Assembly: GCA_037441675.1 (NCBI GenBank)
Contig: JBBIRS010000008.1
Coordinates: 18,778 to 82,777, forward strand
Source: Planctomycetales bacterium
Lineage (GTDB): Bacteria; 4484-113
Length of the DNA: 64,000 bases
Direction: 5' to 3'
Notes under the pieces: model-generated
Told to the model about the DNA's origin: nothing
The model's input: only the letters and a program-made list of their open reading frames with translations
The model's database searches: none
Part shown: piece by piece, positions 1 through 8,197 of the stretch
How positions within the stretch are numbered: position 1 is the first letter of the stretch
Layout of the letters: each line of letters starts with the position of its first letter
Position numbers and translations under genes: made by a program

Positions 1-570
1 ATATATCTCATCAACAGTGGATGCGCCTAGAGATAGAAGAGCGTCTTTGGTTTTGATTGGGTCAAAGGCGGGCTCTGTTGCGTCTATGGAAATGAAGAAG
101 CGGTCGTTAGTCACTCTTTTGAAAACATTGCTCCTATATACGGGATGGGCAAACCTCGGCAAACCGCCAAAAAAGAGAATGCCAAGGAAAGTCCCCAGCG
201 CGGAAAAGAGGATGGTAAGCTCAAAGGTTATAGGAATATTGGCGGGCAAGCTGAAATATGGCTTTCCACTAACAAGAAATGGATAATTGAACGCATTCGT
301 GTACCATTGAAGGAGAAGGGCAACTGTGGCGCCACTTAATCCCGAGAGAAAAATGAACCACCGAAATATGGTGACTCTCATTCTTTCAAGACCGCTAATT
401 TCATGGATGGGAAAAGGGGTGTAAACATCAAAATGACGAAAGCCCACTTGCTTGATTGCCTTTGTCGCGCGGATTATTCCAGCCACACTTTCAAACTCTG
501 CAAGTAAGCAAACAGGTCGCTCAACTTGCGCCTCCTGAATGCTCAAGCTAACTTTCTTAGAATTACTCAT
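1..570 (-). CDS. actD: ActD-like membrane subunit (DUF3341) of an alternative-complex-III-type quinol oxidoreductase; partial, runs off the window start
   Basis: Minus-strand ATG at 570-568 lies 1 nt after the upstream stop codon. Hand translation of the reverse complement gives MSNSKKVSLSIQEAQVERPVCLLAEFESVAGIIRATKAIKQVGFRHFDVYTPFPIHEISGLERM..., open to position 1. The LLAEF...AGYR..D.Y.PFP.H pattern and a following hydrophobic segment match the DUF3341/ActD family. Not in the ORF track because it is truncated by the window edge. Confidence 0.55.
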   Translation of the reverse strand, partial: MSNSKKVSLSIQEAQVERPVCLLAEFESVAGIIRATKAIKQVGFRHFDVYTPFPIHEISGLERMRVTIFRWFIFLSGLSGATVALLLQWYTNAFNYPFLVSGKPYFSLPANIPITFELTILFSALGTFLGILFFGGLPRFAHPVYRSNVFKRVTNDRFFISIDATEPAFDPIKTKDALLSLGASTVDEIY

Positions 571-572
571 TT

Positions 573-2051
573 CTATTCCGATACCCCGGTATTAGCGCTC
601 CTCAATTCGTGATTGTAAAAAGCCTCCTTCAACTTTGTTGATACTTCTATCTCAGTATTTTCAGTAGGATGAGCTTGAGGCATAACTCCCTTGACTTCAG
701 ATATAGCAATCATAGGAAGAAATCTTAAAAATAAGAGAAACAAGCTAAAGAATAAGCCGAAACTACCGAGAAGGATAAGAATGTCCACCCAGGTTGGTTT
801 GTACATTCCCCAACTAGATGGAAGAAAATCTCTATGCAGAGAAGTTATCACTATGACGAACCGCTCAAACCACATTCCGATGTTGACTAGAATTGAAATG
901 ATCCACATGCAAATAATGTTTGTGCGTAATTTCTTTATCCAGAACACCTGAGGGGCAATCACATTACAAAAGACCATTAACCAATATGCCCAGGCGTAAG
1001 GACCAAGCGCGCGGTTCCAGAAGACGAAAAGCTCGGTGCTATTCCCGCTGTACCATGCGGTGAAAAACTCAATTGCATAAGCGTAACCTACCAGAAGGCT
1101 GGTAGTGAGAATTAGCTTGTTCATATTTTCCAGATGATGGAGAGTGATTAAGTCCTTTAGCTTGAATATGCTCCGTATTGGAACGACCAATGTAACCACG
1201 AGAGCCATCCCGCTAAAAATAGCGCCGGCAACGAAGTAGGGCGGGAAAATCGTAGTATGCCAGCCGGGTAGAAGTGAAACCGCAAAGTCAAAGCTAACAA
1301 CTGAGTGAACACTTAAAACCAGTGGGGTAGCGAGCGCTGCGAGAATTAAGTAGCCTGCCTCGTAGAGCTCCCAGTGCCGAATAGACCCACGCCAGCCCAA
1401 GCTTAGAATTCCATACGTTATTTGCCTTGCTTTAGTGGTAGCGCGGTCTCTGAGCGTTGCTAAATCGGGTATCATCCCAAGATACCAAAACATAAGAGAA
1501 ACTAGTAGATAAGTGCCAACAGCGAATACGTCCCATAGGAGTGGGCTTCTGAAGTTGGGCCACATATTCATTTGATTGGGGTAATACGGAAACACCCAGT
1601 AAATCACCCAGATGCGCCCCACATGAATTGCTGGAAATAAGCCTGCGCAGAAGATTGCGAAAATGGTCATCGCCTCTGCAATACGATTGATACTGGTTCT
1701 CCATCTCTGCCTAAAAAGGAACAAAATGGCTGAAATAAGCGTTCCCGCATGAGCAATTCCAACCCAAAAAACGAAGTTAACAATTGCAAATCCCCACGCT
1801 ACTGGAACATTTAATCCCCAAACACCAAGACCAACGCCAACCGTGTAGGCTATCATTATAAGAAGAGTGAATAGAAGTGAGCCTGCAATTCCAAGGGCAA
1901 TTAACCAACTGGTAGGATGCCTTTTTTGCTCCACAACAGCGCAAACTTTCTCGGTAACAGTTGCAAAGTCATTCTCACCTAGAACAAGCAAGGGAGGATG
2001 AATGGGATCATCTACCGCATTATCAATCTCTCGTTGTCTGATAGCTTCCAT
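573..2051 (-). CDS. actC: NrfD/PsrC-family polytopic membrane quinol-interacting subunit (ActC-like)
   Basis: 492 aa and highly hydrophobic with about 10 predicted TM segments. Sits immediately downstream of the pentahaem cytochrome gene and 1 nt upstream of the ActD-like gene. Composition is typical of NrfD-like subunits (many W/F/Y/P in loops). Confidence 0.7.
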   Translation of the reverse strand: MEAIRQREIDNAVDDPIHPPLLVLGENDFATVTEKVCAVVEQKRHPTSWLIALGIAGSLLFTLLIMIAYTVGVGLGVWGLNVPVAWGFAIVNFVFWVGIAHAGTLISAILFLFRQRWRTSINRIAEAMTIFAIFCAGLFPAIHVGRIWVIYWVFPYYPNQMNMWPNFRSPLLWDVFAVGTYLLVSLMFWYLGMIPDLATLRDRATTKARQITYGILSLGWRGSIRHWELYEAGYLILAALATPLVLSVHSVVSFDFAVSLLPGWHTTIFPPYFVAGAIFSGMALVVTLVVPIRSIFKLKDLITLHHLENMNKLILTTSLLVGYAYAIEFFTAWYSGNSTELFVFWNRALGPYAWAYWLMVFCNVIAPQVFWIKKLRTNIICMWIISILVNIGMWFERFVIVITSLHRDFLPSSWGMYKPTWVDILILLGSFGLFFSLFLLFLRFLPMIAISEVKGVMPQAHPTENTEIEVSTKLKEAFYNHELRSANTGVSE

Positions 2052-2092
2052 TTCTTACTTTCATTTTTAAGTTTTAAGGGCCACCTTTAAGG

Positions 2093-2737
2093 TTATCTAT
2101 GACACGCCCAACAGTCTGTGGAAGGATTGACGTTGTACTCTTCCTTCAATTTCTCACCTAAGCTTTGCTGATTTCCTTCGGGAACCCAGTCCATCTTTGT
2201 CACGTATTCCTTAGGGCGCAAATACCTTTCCGGCTTTCTGTGGCAATCCAAACACCAAGCCATATTTAGGGGCTTAGCTTGATAGACAACATCCATTCTG
2301 TCTATTCTTCCGTGGCAGGTTACGCAACCTACACCTTTATTAACGTGAGCACTATGGTTGAAGTATACAAAGTCGGGTAGAGAATGCACACGAACCCATT
2401 TTATTGGTTTGTCTGTGGTGTAACTTTCTCTTAACGGCACAATCTTTTCACTCGTGGGCAGAATTGTTTTGTGGCAATTCATGCATACTTGGGTGGCCGG
2501 AATGGACGCCTTTGCACTAAATTCAACTGTGCTGTGACAATACCTACAGTCCATGCCAAGCTTTCCCGCGTGGGTGGCATGGCTGTATGGCACTGGTTGA
2601 ATCGGTTGATAACCAACAGAAGTGGTAATTGGCGAAGTAGCAAAGGCTATTACTACTCCGAGATAAACGATACCAAGAATTAATAGAACGCCTAGCAGGC
2701 GAACAAATTTATCCACCCATGGATTAAACATAATCAC
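2093..2737 (-). CDS. actA: Membrane-anchored pentahaem c-type cytochrome (ActA-like)
   Basis: 214 aa with an N-terminal TM helix and five CxxCH haem-binding motifs (CRYCH, CMNCH, CVTCH, CLDCH, CWACH). First gene of the cluster on the minus strand. Confidence 0.75.
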   Translation of the reverse strand: MIMFNPWVDKFVRLLGVLLILGIVYLGVVIAFATSPITTSVGYQPIQPVPYSHATHAGKLGMDCRYCHSTVEFSAKASIPATQVCMNCHKTILPTSEKIVPLRESYTTDKPIKWVRVHSLPDFVYFNHSAHVNKGVGCVTCHGRIDRMDVVYQAKPLNMAWCLDCHRKPERYLRPKEYVTKMDWVPEGNQQSLGEKLKEEYNVNPSTDCWACHR

Positions 2738-3070
2738 ATTTCAAATCAGGATATGTGATTTTATCCAACACTAGTTATTGAGTCAATATAATATTGAGTA
2801 TGCGTATATATTATTTTATGTGAAAGGCTCTATTATAAGAAAGTGAGGCCTAGCTCAAGATGATAGAGAATTTGGGTTAATTACAACTTCATTTACCACC
2901 AACAACCAATGTCACAAAGTTGAGGTACTATTTATATTCACACCAATTTGAAGAATTTACTTAAGAGGGGCAATCTGTTCTGAAATTAGGTGGCAGAGAT
3001 TGAACGCAACTGTTGGGTAAAATACGCCTTCAAGTATGTGATAATATAGATTAGGGAAAGCCCCAAAGGC

Positions 3071-3145
3071 GGGGATATAGCTCAGAGGTAGAGCGTTCGG
3101 TTCGCATCCGAAAGGTCGGGGGTTCGAATCCCCCTATCTCCACCA
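3071..3145 (+). tRNA. tRNA-Ala (anticodon CGC)
   Basis: Cloverleaf folded by hand: acceptor GGGGATA/TATCTCC with a G3:U70 wobble (the Ala identity element), D stem GCTC/GAGC, anticodon stem TTCGG/CCGAA with loop TTCGCAT, T arm GGGGG-TTCGAAT-CCCCC. Discriminator A and an encoded CCA follow. Confidence 0.85.
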
Positions 3146-3309
3146 GTTGAAGTTAAATTATGTGAACTAGGGCTTTTCATAAGATTCTTGGGTTTAAATA
3201 GTAAGTGCAGTTCGTTAGATTCTTAAATAGAAACTAAATTGTTCGTGGATGTAGCGGAAGGCAAATTTTAACGTAAAATTATTGATACTCCACGATAGAG
3301 GAGAAACGA

Positions 3310-4026
3310 ATGAGGTTGAGGATAGTTTCCTGGAATGTTCATAGTTGGAGAGACTCTTACCTCCGTCCGCGGTTTTCTGAAATGCTTCCTGTTCTTATTG
3401 GCTTTCATCCTGATATCCTTTGTTTGCAGGAAGCAAGATGGGAACCGGATAGGGGTATTCACTCACTTGAACTAGATACGCTTAGAAATGAGCTAGAGCT
3501 TTTTGGTTTTGCCTTAGCACAAACGCACTTGAGCCCTGTAAAGAGACAAGCGACAGGTCATGTAATACTGGTTAAGGGAGAAGTGAACGAAAAGAAAGAA
3601 TTTGAGATCGGCAAATTTTTTGGAATATCTAGGAAGGTTTTGCTGATTAAGACAAAAATGGATGACAAAATGCTACATGTGGCAACATCGCACATATCAC
3701 CATTACCTCACCCGACGGTGTCATTTTTAAAGTGGAGTTGGCTGCCAAGGCCGAGGGAGGCGAGAAGGCTTGTGGAAGTAACATCAGAGTTTGAACCACC
3801 ATTGGTGCTTGCTGTTGATCTGAACGCTTCGCCAGAAAGTGATGAGTATCGGGCTCTTCGTTCACTTTTTAATAAACCAGGAAGATTTCCCGCGACCCAT
3901 TCTTCAGGACTTTGCGTTGATTATATTTTTACATCACAAGATTTAGAAATCTCTCAAGTTTCAGTTAACCTTACAACTTCACCTTCCGACCACTTCCCAG
4001 TGGTAGCTGAAGTAAAGCTATCGTGA
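3310..4026 (+). CDS. Endonuclease/exonuclease/phosphatase (EEP) family protein
   Basis: N-terminal RIVSWNV...ILCLQEA and C-terminal SDHFPVVAEV motifs are characteristic of the EEP metal-dependent phosphoesterase fold. Confidence 0.7.
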   Translation: MRLRIVSWNVHSWRDSYLRPRFSEMLPVLIGFHPDILCLQEARWEPDRGIHSLELDTLRNELELFGFALAQTHLSPVKRQATGHVILVKGEVNEKKEFEIGKFFGISRKVLLIKTKMDDKMLHVATSHISPLPHPTVSFLKWSWLPRPREARRLVEVTSEFEPPLVLAVDLNASPESDEYRALRSLFNKPGRFPATHSSGLCVDYIFTSQDLEISQVSVNLTTSPSDHFPVVAEVKLS

Positions 4027-4198
4027 GTTTCCTAATAAAAGCAAATAAAGGCATCACAACAATTAGCAGTATGGATAATCCCTCGTTGAAGGACAATACT
4101 TCACTGATGACGAGTAAGGAAACACAGATTGCGGAATTGAGGGAGTTGTTATTCATATTCGGAGCGCGCTGGTATAATTTAAGCTCAAGGAGGGCTTT

Positions 4199-4678
4199 AT
4201 GGCCATAAGGGAATATTTCGGAACTGCGGTTGCTAGAGGTTATAACATCGCGATTGTTGTGTCCCGCTTTAACGAACTTGTTACAAAAGAGCTTCTTCAC
4301 GGAGCTGTGACAGAGTTATTGAGGCATACAGACAAGGAGTGCAATGTTGAAGTTTTTTGGGTTCCTGGAAGTTTTGAACTACCACAAACAGTCGCAAGGA
4401 TTATTGAGCGAGGCGGATTTGACGGTATTTTAGCGCTCGGTTGTCTCATAGAGGGGGAAACCGATCATTACCGAATTCTTGCTAGCGAAATTGCAAAAGG
4501 CTTAGCCAACCTTTCTTTAAAGCATTCCTTACCCATAAGCTTTGGTGTGTTAACAACCCATAGCCTTGAGGAAGCGATGGAAAGGGCTGGAGCTAAGGCA
4601 GGAAATAAGGGTGGAGAAGCTATGATTAGCCTACTTGAGATGATTGACCTTTACAAGAAGTTGAGGAAGAAAAGGTGA
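4199..4678 (+). CDS. ribH: 6,7-dimethyl-8-ribityllumazine synthase
   Basis: IAIVVSRFNELVT, VPGSFELP and GCLIEGETDHY match RibH across the full length; 159 aa. Confidence 0.9.
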   Translation: MAIREYFGTAVARGYNIAIVVSRFNELVTKELLHGAVTELLRHTDKECNVEVFWVPGSFELPQTVARIIERGGFDGILALGCLIEGETDHYRILASEIAKGLANLSLKHSLPISFGVLTTHSLEEAMERAGAKAGNKGGEAMISLLEMIDLYKKLRKKR

Positions 4679-4791
4679 AAACCAAAGAGACGCTATCGCT
4701 AAGATAACTTAATACTCGTAAGACGTTCGGATAATTCTGTGATTATATGTGATTATAGATGAGAGGCATACTCAGGCTTTAGGGGTGTGGA

Positions 4792-5523
4792 TTACACTAG
4801 GCACTCAACAGGAGAGCAGTTGTAAAGTAGAAGTTGTGGAAAGCTTCTCTTATAGCTAACAATACTAACAGTTGCGTTTTCTACCGGGAAGCGATTCAAG
4901 CCATCAACGGGAAACTGCAAGAGATGGTGCAAAAGATAGTTTATCGGTAGTTGATGACTGAAAATTGCGATACGCTCACGTATCTCTGATCTTTTATCGA
5001 GACCAGCATTAGCACCAGCATTCTCTTGCGTAGTTAGGTGTTTATTCAGCAGGTCATTTGCGAACTCCATTGTTCTATCGATCAGCTCCTGAATTTTCTC
5101 TCCACCTGGAAATTGAAGCTCGGGATGATAGGGGACTTTGCGGATAAGCTCTTCGTAAATACCCAATTCAGAAAATAAAACGCCGTCAAGCTCTCCAGTT
5201 TTTACTTCTATTATCCTCTCGTCCACAATAAAGCTGGGTTCCTCCGATTGGGAAAGCTTTAATTCCTCAAGGAATATCTTTGCTGTGTCCACTGCACGAC
5301 TAAGGGGACTGGTGTAGATTGTGGAGAATGGGATTTTATTCCCCTTTGAACCATCATATGCAGATAGGTTTTCGCGCTCTGTCGAATTGCGGAAAATCCA
5401 CTTCGCAAGAAGCTTGGCCCGTTTTATCCCATTTTCGGTTAGTTTGAAGTCGGTAAGACCTCCCATTCTCTTTTCTGCATTACCAACCGACTCGCCGTGT
5501 CTAATTACGTAGATTAGAACCAT
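4792..5523 (-). CDS. Histidine phosphatase (phosphoglycerate mutase) family protein
   Basis: N-terminal VIRHGESxxN motif with the catalytic His; 243 aa. Confidence 0.75.
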   Translation of the reverse strand: MVLIYVIRHGESVGNAEKRMGGLTDFKLTENGIKRAKLLAKWIFRNSTERENLSAYDGSKGNKIPFSTIYTSPLSRAVDTAKIFLEELKLSQSEEPSFIVDERIIEVKTGELDGVLFSELGIYEELIRKVPYHPELQFPGGEKIQELIDRTMEFANDLLNKHLTTQENAGANAGLDKRSEIRERIAIFSHQLPINYLLHHLLQFPVDGLNRFPVENATVSIVSYKRSFPQLLLYNCSPVECLV

Positions 5524-5534
5524 TGAAGGTATTA

Positions 5535-6266
5535 CTACCCAACAACCTCTTCAACGCTTTTACCAGAAAGAACCGAGTTTGAAAAAATGTTTGTTATCTC
5601 CTCGTCTCCAGCCCATTCATCCTTGCCCTTTATCAACAGCCAATTCTCAATTCCTCGCTCCTTACGAAATCTCAGCATCCTGTATCGCCCCTTGAGCCTA
5701 TTCCCAATCAAAAAAAACTCTAGTGAGCCGGAAGATAACCATAAGGACTTGGTAATATCCTTGGTGGAGACATAGTTAAGAGATGAAGGCAAATGCAAGA
5801 GAATTTTAACTTCAGTAAAATCTTTACCACTTTTTACATCTATTTCTACAGAGATTGAACCTTCCCTTAAGGCTGTACTTACCTCTTGGAGATTTATCTG
5901 CTTATCTTCGCTCGCTTTTGAGTTTAGTGGAATGTAATAACCGATGTCCCATACTATAACTTTCCCGGCGCCATACTGTCCTTCTTCAAAAACGCCTTCA
6001 AAATCCAGGTACTTCAGTGAATGATCCTCCACTTGGACTGCAAGTCTTTTTTCACCTGATCTGATGGAAGGACCTTTGGGTATCGCCCAGGAGAGAAGAA
6101 CAGGAATTTTCAGCTCTTCATTAAAAACTTCTAAGCGGAAATCGTAATGGAGGCGAGAAGATGCGTGCTTCAGCACTGAAAATCGTGGTGCGCGTTCAAG
6201 TTCAGCATCATCATACTTCTTCTCTGGGTCTGGCTTGCAAGATTGCTTTTTCCTTCTTTCTTCCAA
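5535..6266 (-). CDS. Stand-alone LigD-type 3'-phosphoesterase (PE) domain protein
   Basis: HYDFRLE...SWAIPKGPS...VEDHSLKYLDFEG...YGAG.V.VWD.G motif series matches the LigD phosphoesterase domain. No ligase or polymerase domain is attached. Confidence 0.6.
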   Translation of the reverse strand: MEERRKKQSCKPDPEKKYDDAELERAPRFSVLKHASSRLHYDFRLEVFNEELKIPVLLSWAIPKGPSIRSGEKRLAVQVEDHSLKYLDFEGVFEEGQYGAGKVIVWDIGYYIPLNSKASEDKQINLQEVSTALREGSISVEIDVKSGKDFTEVKILLHLPSSLNYVSTKDITKSLWLSSGSLEFFLIGNRLKGRYRMLRFRKERGIENWLLIKGKDEWAGDEEITNIFSNSVLSGKSVEEVVG

Positions 6267-6317
6267 GCTTGCCTCCTTACCTTTGATTATTACTATCCTA
6301 ACATTGAGCGCGGATTA

Positions 6318-6866
6318 TCACTGCACCACCTCAACGGTGATTATCTGATTTGTATATATATTAACGCTCCCTGCAATTTCAATAGATTTATACGCTATCT
6401 CCTCCGCAGAAAGGCTAGTGTTTTCATAAAGAGCCTTAGCGGCTGCCTTAGCTGCCTCGGCGCCAGAACCAATCGCGGTGAAATTTTCATCCGGCTCTAT
6501 AACGTCACCATTTCCGCTAATTGTTAGGATAGTATTTTTATCCGCAGTTAGTAGAAGCGCTTCCAGTCTTCTCAGGTACTTGTCCGTCCTCCAATCTTTT
6601 GCTAGCTCAACCGCAGCGCGTTTAAGGTCTTTGAATTCCTTCAGCTTAGTTTCAAATCGCTCAAAGAGCGTCAAAGCATCCGCTACGCCTCCTGCAAACC
6701 CCGCTAGCACACTTCCATTAAAGAGACTCCTCACCTTCTTTGCATTATGTTTAAGTATCATCTCCCGATGAGTAATTTGTCCGTCACCCGCAATCGCGGT
6801 CTTTTCGTCTCTCCTTACAGCACAAATGGTTGTGGAATGGATATCAATCTTCTTCACGTAAATCAT
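6318..6866 (-). CDS. hslV: ATP-dependent protease subunit HslV (proteasome beta-like)
   Basis: TTICAVRRDEKTAIAGDGQIT...GSGAEAAKAAAKAL match HslV. The catalytic Thr is preceded by 8-11 residues and no in-frame start lies directly before TT. Confidence 0.85.
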   Translation of the reverse strand: MIYVKKIDIHSTTICAVRRDEKTAIAGDGQITHREMILKHNAKKVRSLFNGSVLAGFAGGVADALTLFERFETKLKEFKDLKRAAVELAKDWRTDKYLRRLEALLLTADKNTILTISGNGDVIEPDENFTAIGSGAEAAKAAAKALYENTSLSAEEIAYKSIEIAGSVNIYTNQIITVEVVQ

Positions 6867-6992
6867 CTTAACACATCATTTTCAGAACTTACTTGATTGA
6901 TTTTATTTAATTATCATCCTAGCATTAACATAGCCTGGCAACGAAAACTATGTTATAATGAAAAGACCCCAGATTAAGGAGGGCAACCCCTA

Positions 6993-7925
6993 ATGGATTC
7001 ATCCACTCGACTTCAAGAGAAGCCAAGTGTTCAAGGAGAAAAGGAACTTCTTGTCTATGTAAATGGCGAGCTAGTACCAAAGAGTATGGCATCAGTATCC
7101 GTTTATGACCACGGGTTTCTTTATGGTGATGGCGTATTTGAGGGAATTCGCTCATATGATGACGAAGTTTTCAAGCTGGATGAACACCTAAAGCGACTTT
7201 ATCGCTCAGCTCACTTCTTGCAGATAAACATTCACTTTGAATTTGAAGAGCTGAAGAGTGCGGTTCTTAACACCCTTAAGGCTAACAATCTTTATCAAGG
7301 GGCGTATATCAGGCTTGTAGTTTCAAGAGGCAAGGGAGACTTAGGCATAAACCCTCGAAAGTGTCCGGGGCCCCCCACTATCGTTATAATTACCGATAAG
7401 ATACAGCTTTACCCCCCTGAGCTTTATGATGTTGGGATTCCTACTATTGTATGCTCCACCAGGAAAAACAATCCTCAATGTATAAACGCTCAAGTGAAAG
7501 CAACACAATATCTAAATAATATACTGGGAGTTATTGAGGCAAACAATGCAGGTGTACTTGAGGCAATAATGCTAACAACTGGTGGTTATGTTACGGAAGG
7601 AACTGCGGATAACATTTTCATTGTATTGGATGGAAGAATTCTTACCCCACCAACTTACCTTGGAGTTCTTGAGGGCATAACGAGAAACTCAATAATTGAA
7701 ATTGCAAAGGAATTGGGATACCCTGTTTACGAGGAAAGGTTTACCACCTACGAGCTTTACTCTGCGCAGGAATGCTGGTTTACGGGAACTGGAGCAGAAT
7801 TAATTCCCGTGATTTCCATTGATGGAAGAACTGTGGATAAGGGAGTGCCGGGTCCCATTTTCAAATCCCTGCGCGAAGAATTTAAGAAGTACATCAAGAA
7901 ACACGGCACAAAAATTCCACATTAG
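6993..7925 (+). CDS. ilvE: Branched-chain-amino-acid aminotransferase (class IV PLP fold)
   Basis: YDHGFLYGDGVFEGIRSY...E.LIPV motifs of class IV aminotransferases; 310 aa. Confidence 0.8.
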   Translation: MDSSTRLQEKPSVQGEKELLVYVNGELVPKSMASVSVYDHGFLYGDGVFEGIRSYDDEVFKLDEHLKRLYRSAHFLQINIHFEFEELKSAVLNTLKANNLYQGAYIRLVVSRGKGDLGINPRKCPGPPTIVIITDKIQLYPPELYDVGIPTIVCSTRKNNPQCINAQVKATQYLNNILGVIEANNAGVLEAIMLTTGGYVTEGTADNIFIVLDGRILTPPTYLGVLEGITRNSIIEIAKELGYPVYEERFTTYELYSAQECWFTGTGAELIPVISIDGRTVDKGVPGPIFKSLREEFKKYIKKHGTKIPH

Positions 7926-8091
7926 CATTTTTCATTAAGATTTCTCAGGCGAGTGATAACAATATGCGGATTTTATTCTTGTCAATGTTTTGTTACTATT
8001 CACTCTAAATCTTTAGCAAACTAGGTTGAAGTTTACAGAAAGAGATGAAACTAGCAGTATGGTAGAATCCTTTTAGCGCGAAGAAAGGTTG

Positions 8092-8103
8092 ATTGACTAG
8101 TCA
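8092..8103. promoter_or_regulatory. Perfect 12-bp palindrome TTGACTAGTCAA about 95 bp upstream of the clpC-like gene (candidate operator or -35 element)
   Basis: Palindrome read directly from the sequence in the clpC 5' region; no known consensus assigned. Confidence 0.15.
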
Positions 8104-8197
8104 AGTGAATTTTTAGGACTAGAAGAGTTGAAATAAGATTAACTCCGCTATATTCGCGGTAAGATAAGTTGAGAGCATAAGCTGGTGTGAATGAATT

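Noticed and set aside
17-339. Plus-strand ORFs 17-286 and 145-339 at the window start
   Set aside because: They lie antisense to a well-conserved ActD-like reading frame that continues open to position 1. Composition is lysine/arginine-rich and typical of spurious antisense ORFs.
2738-3060. Inverted repeat AATCACAT-N13-ATGTGATT upstream of actA as a CRP/FNR or Rex operator
   Set aside because: The half-sites are in TCACA...TGTGA order with 13-nt spacing. This matches neither the CRP (TGTGA-N6-TCACA) nor the Rex (TTGTGAA-N4-TTCACAA) geometry. Kept only as an unassigned inverted repeat.
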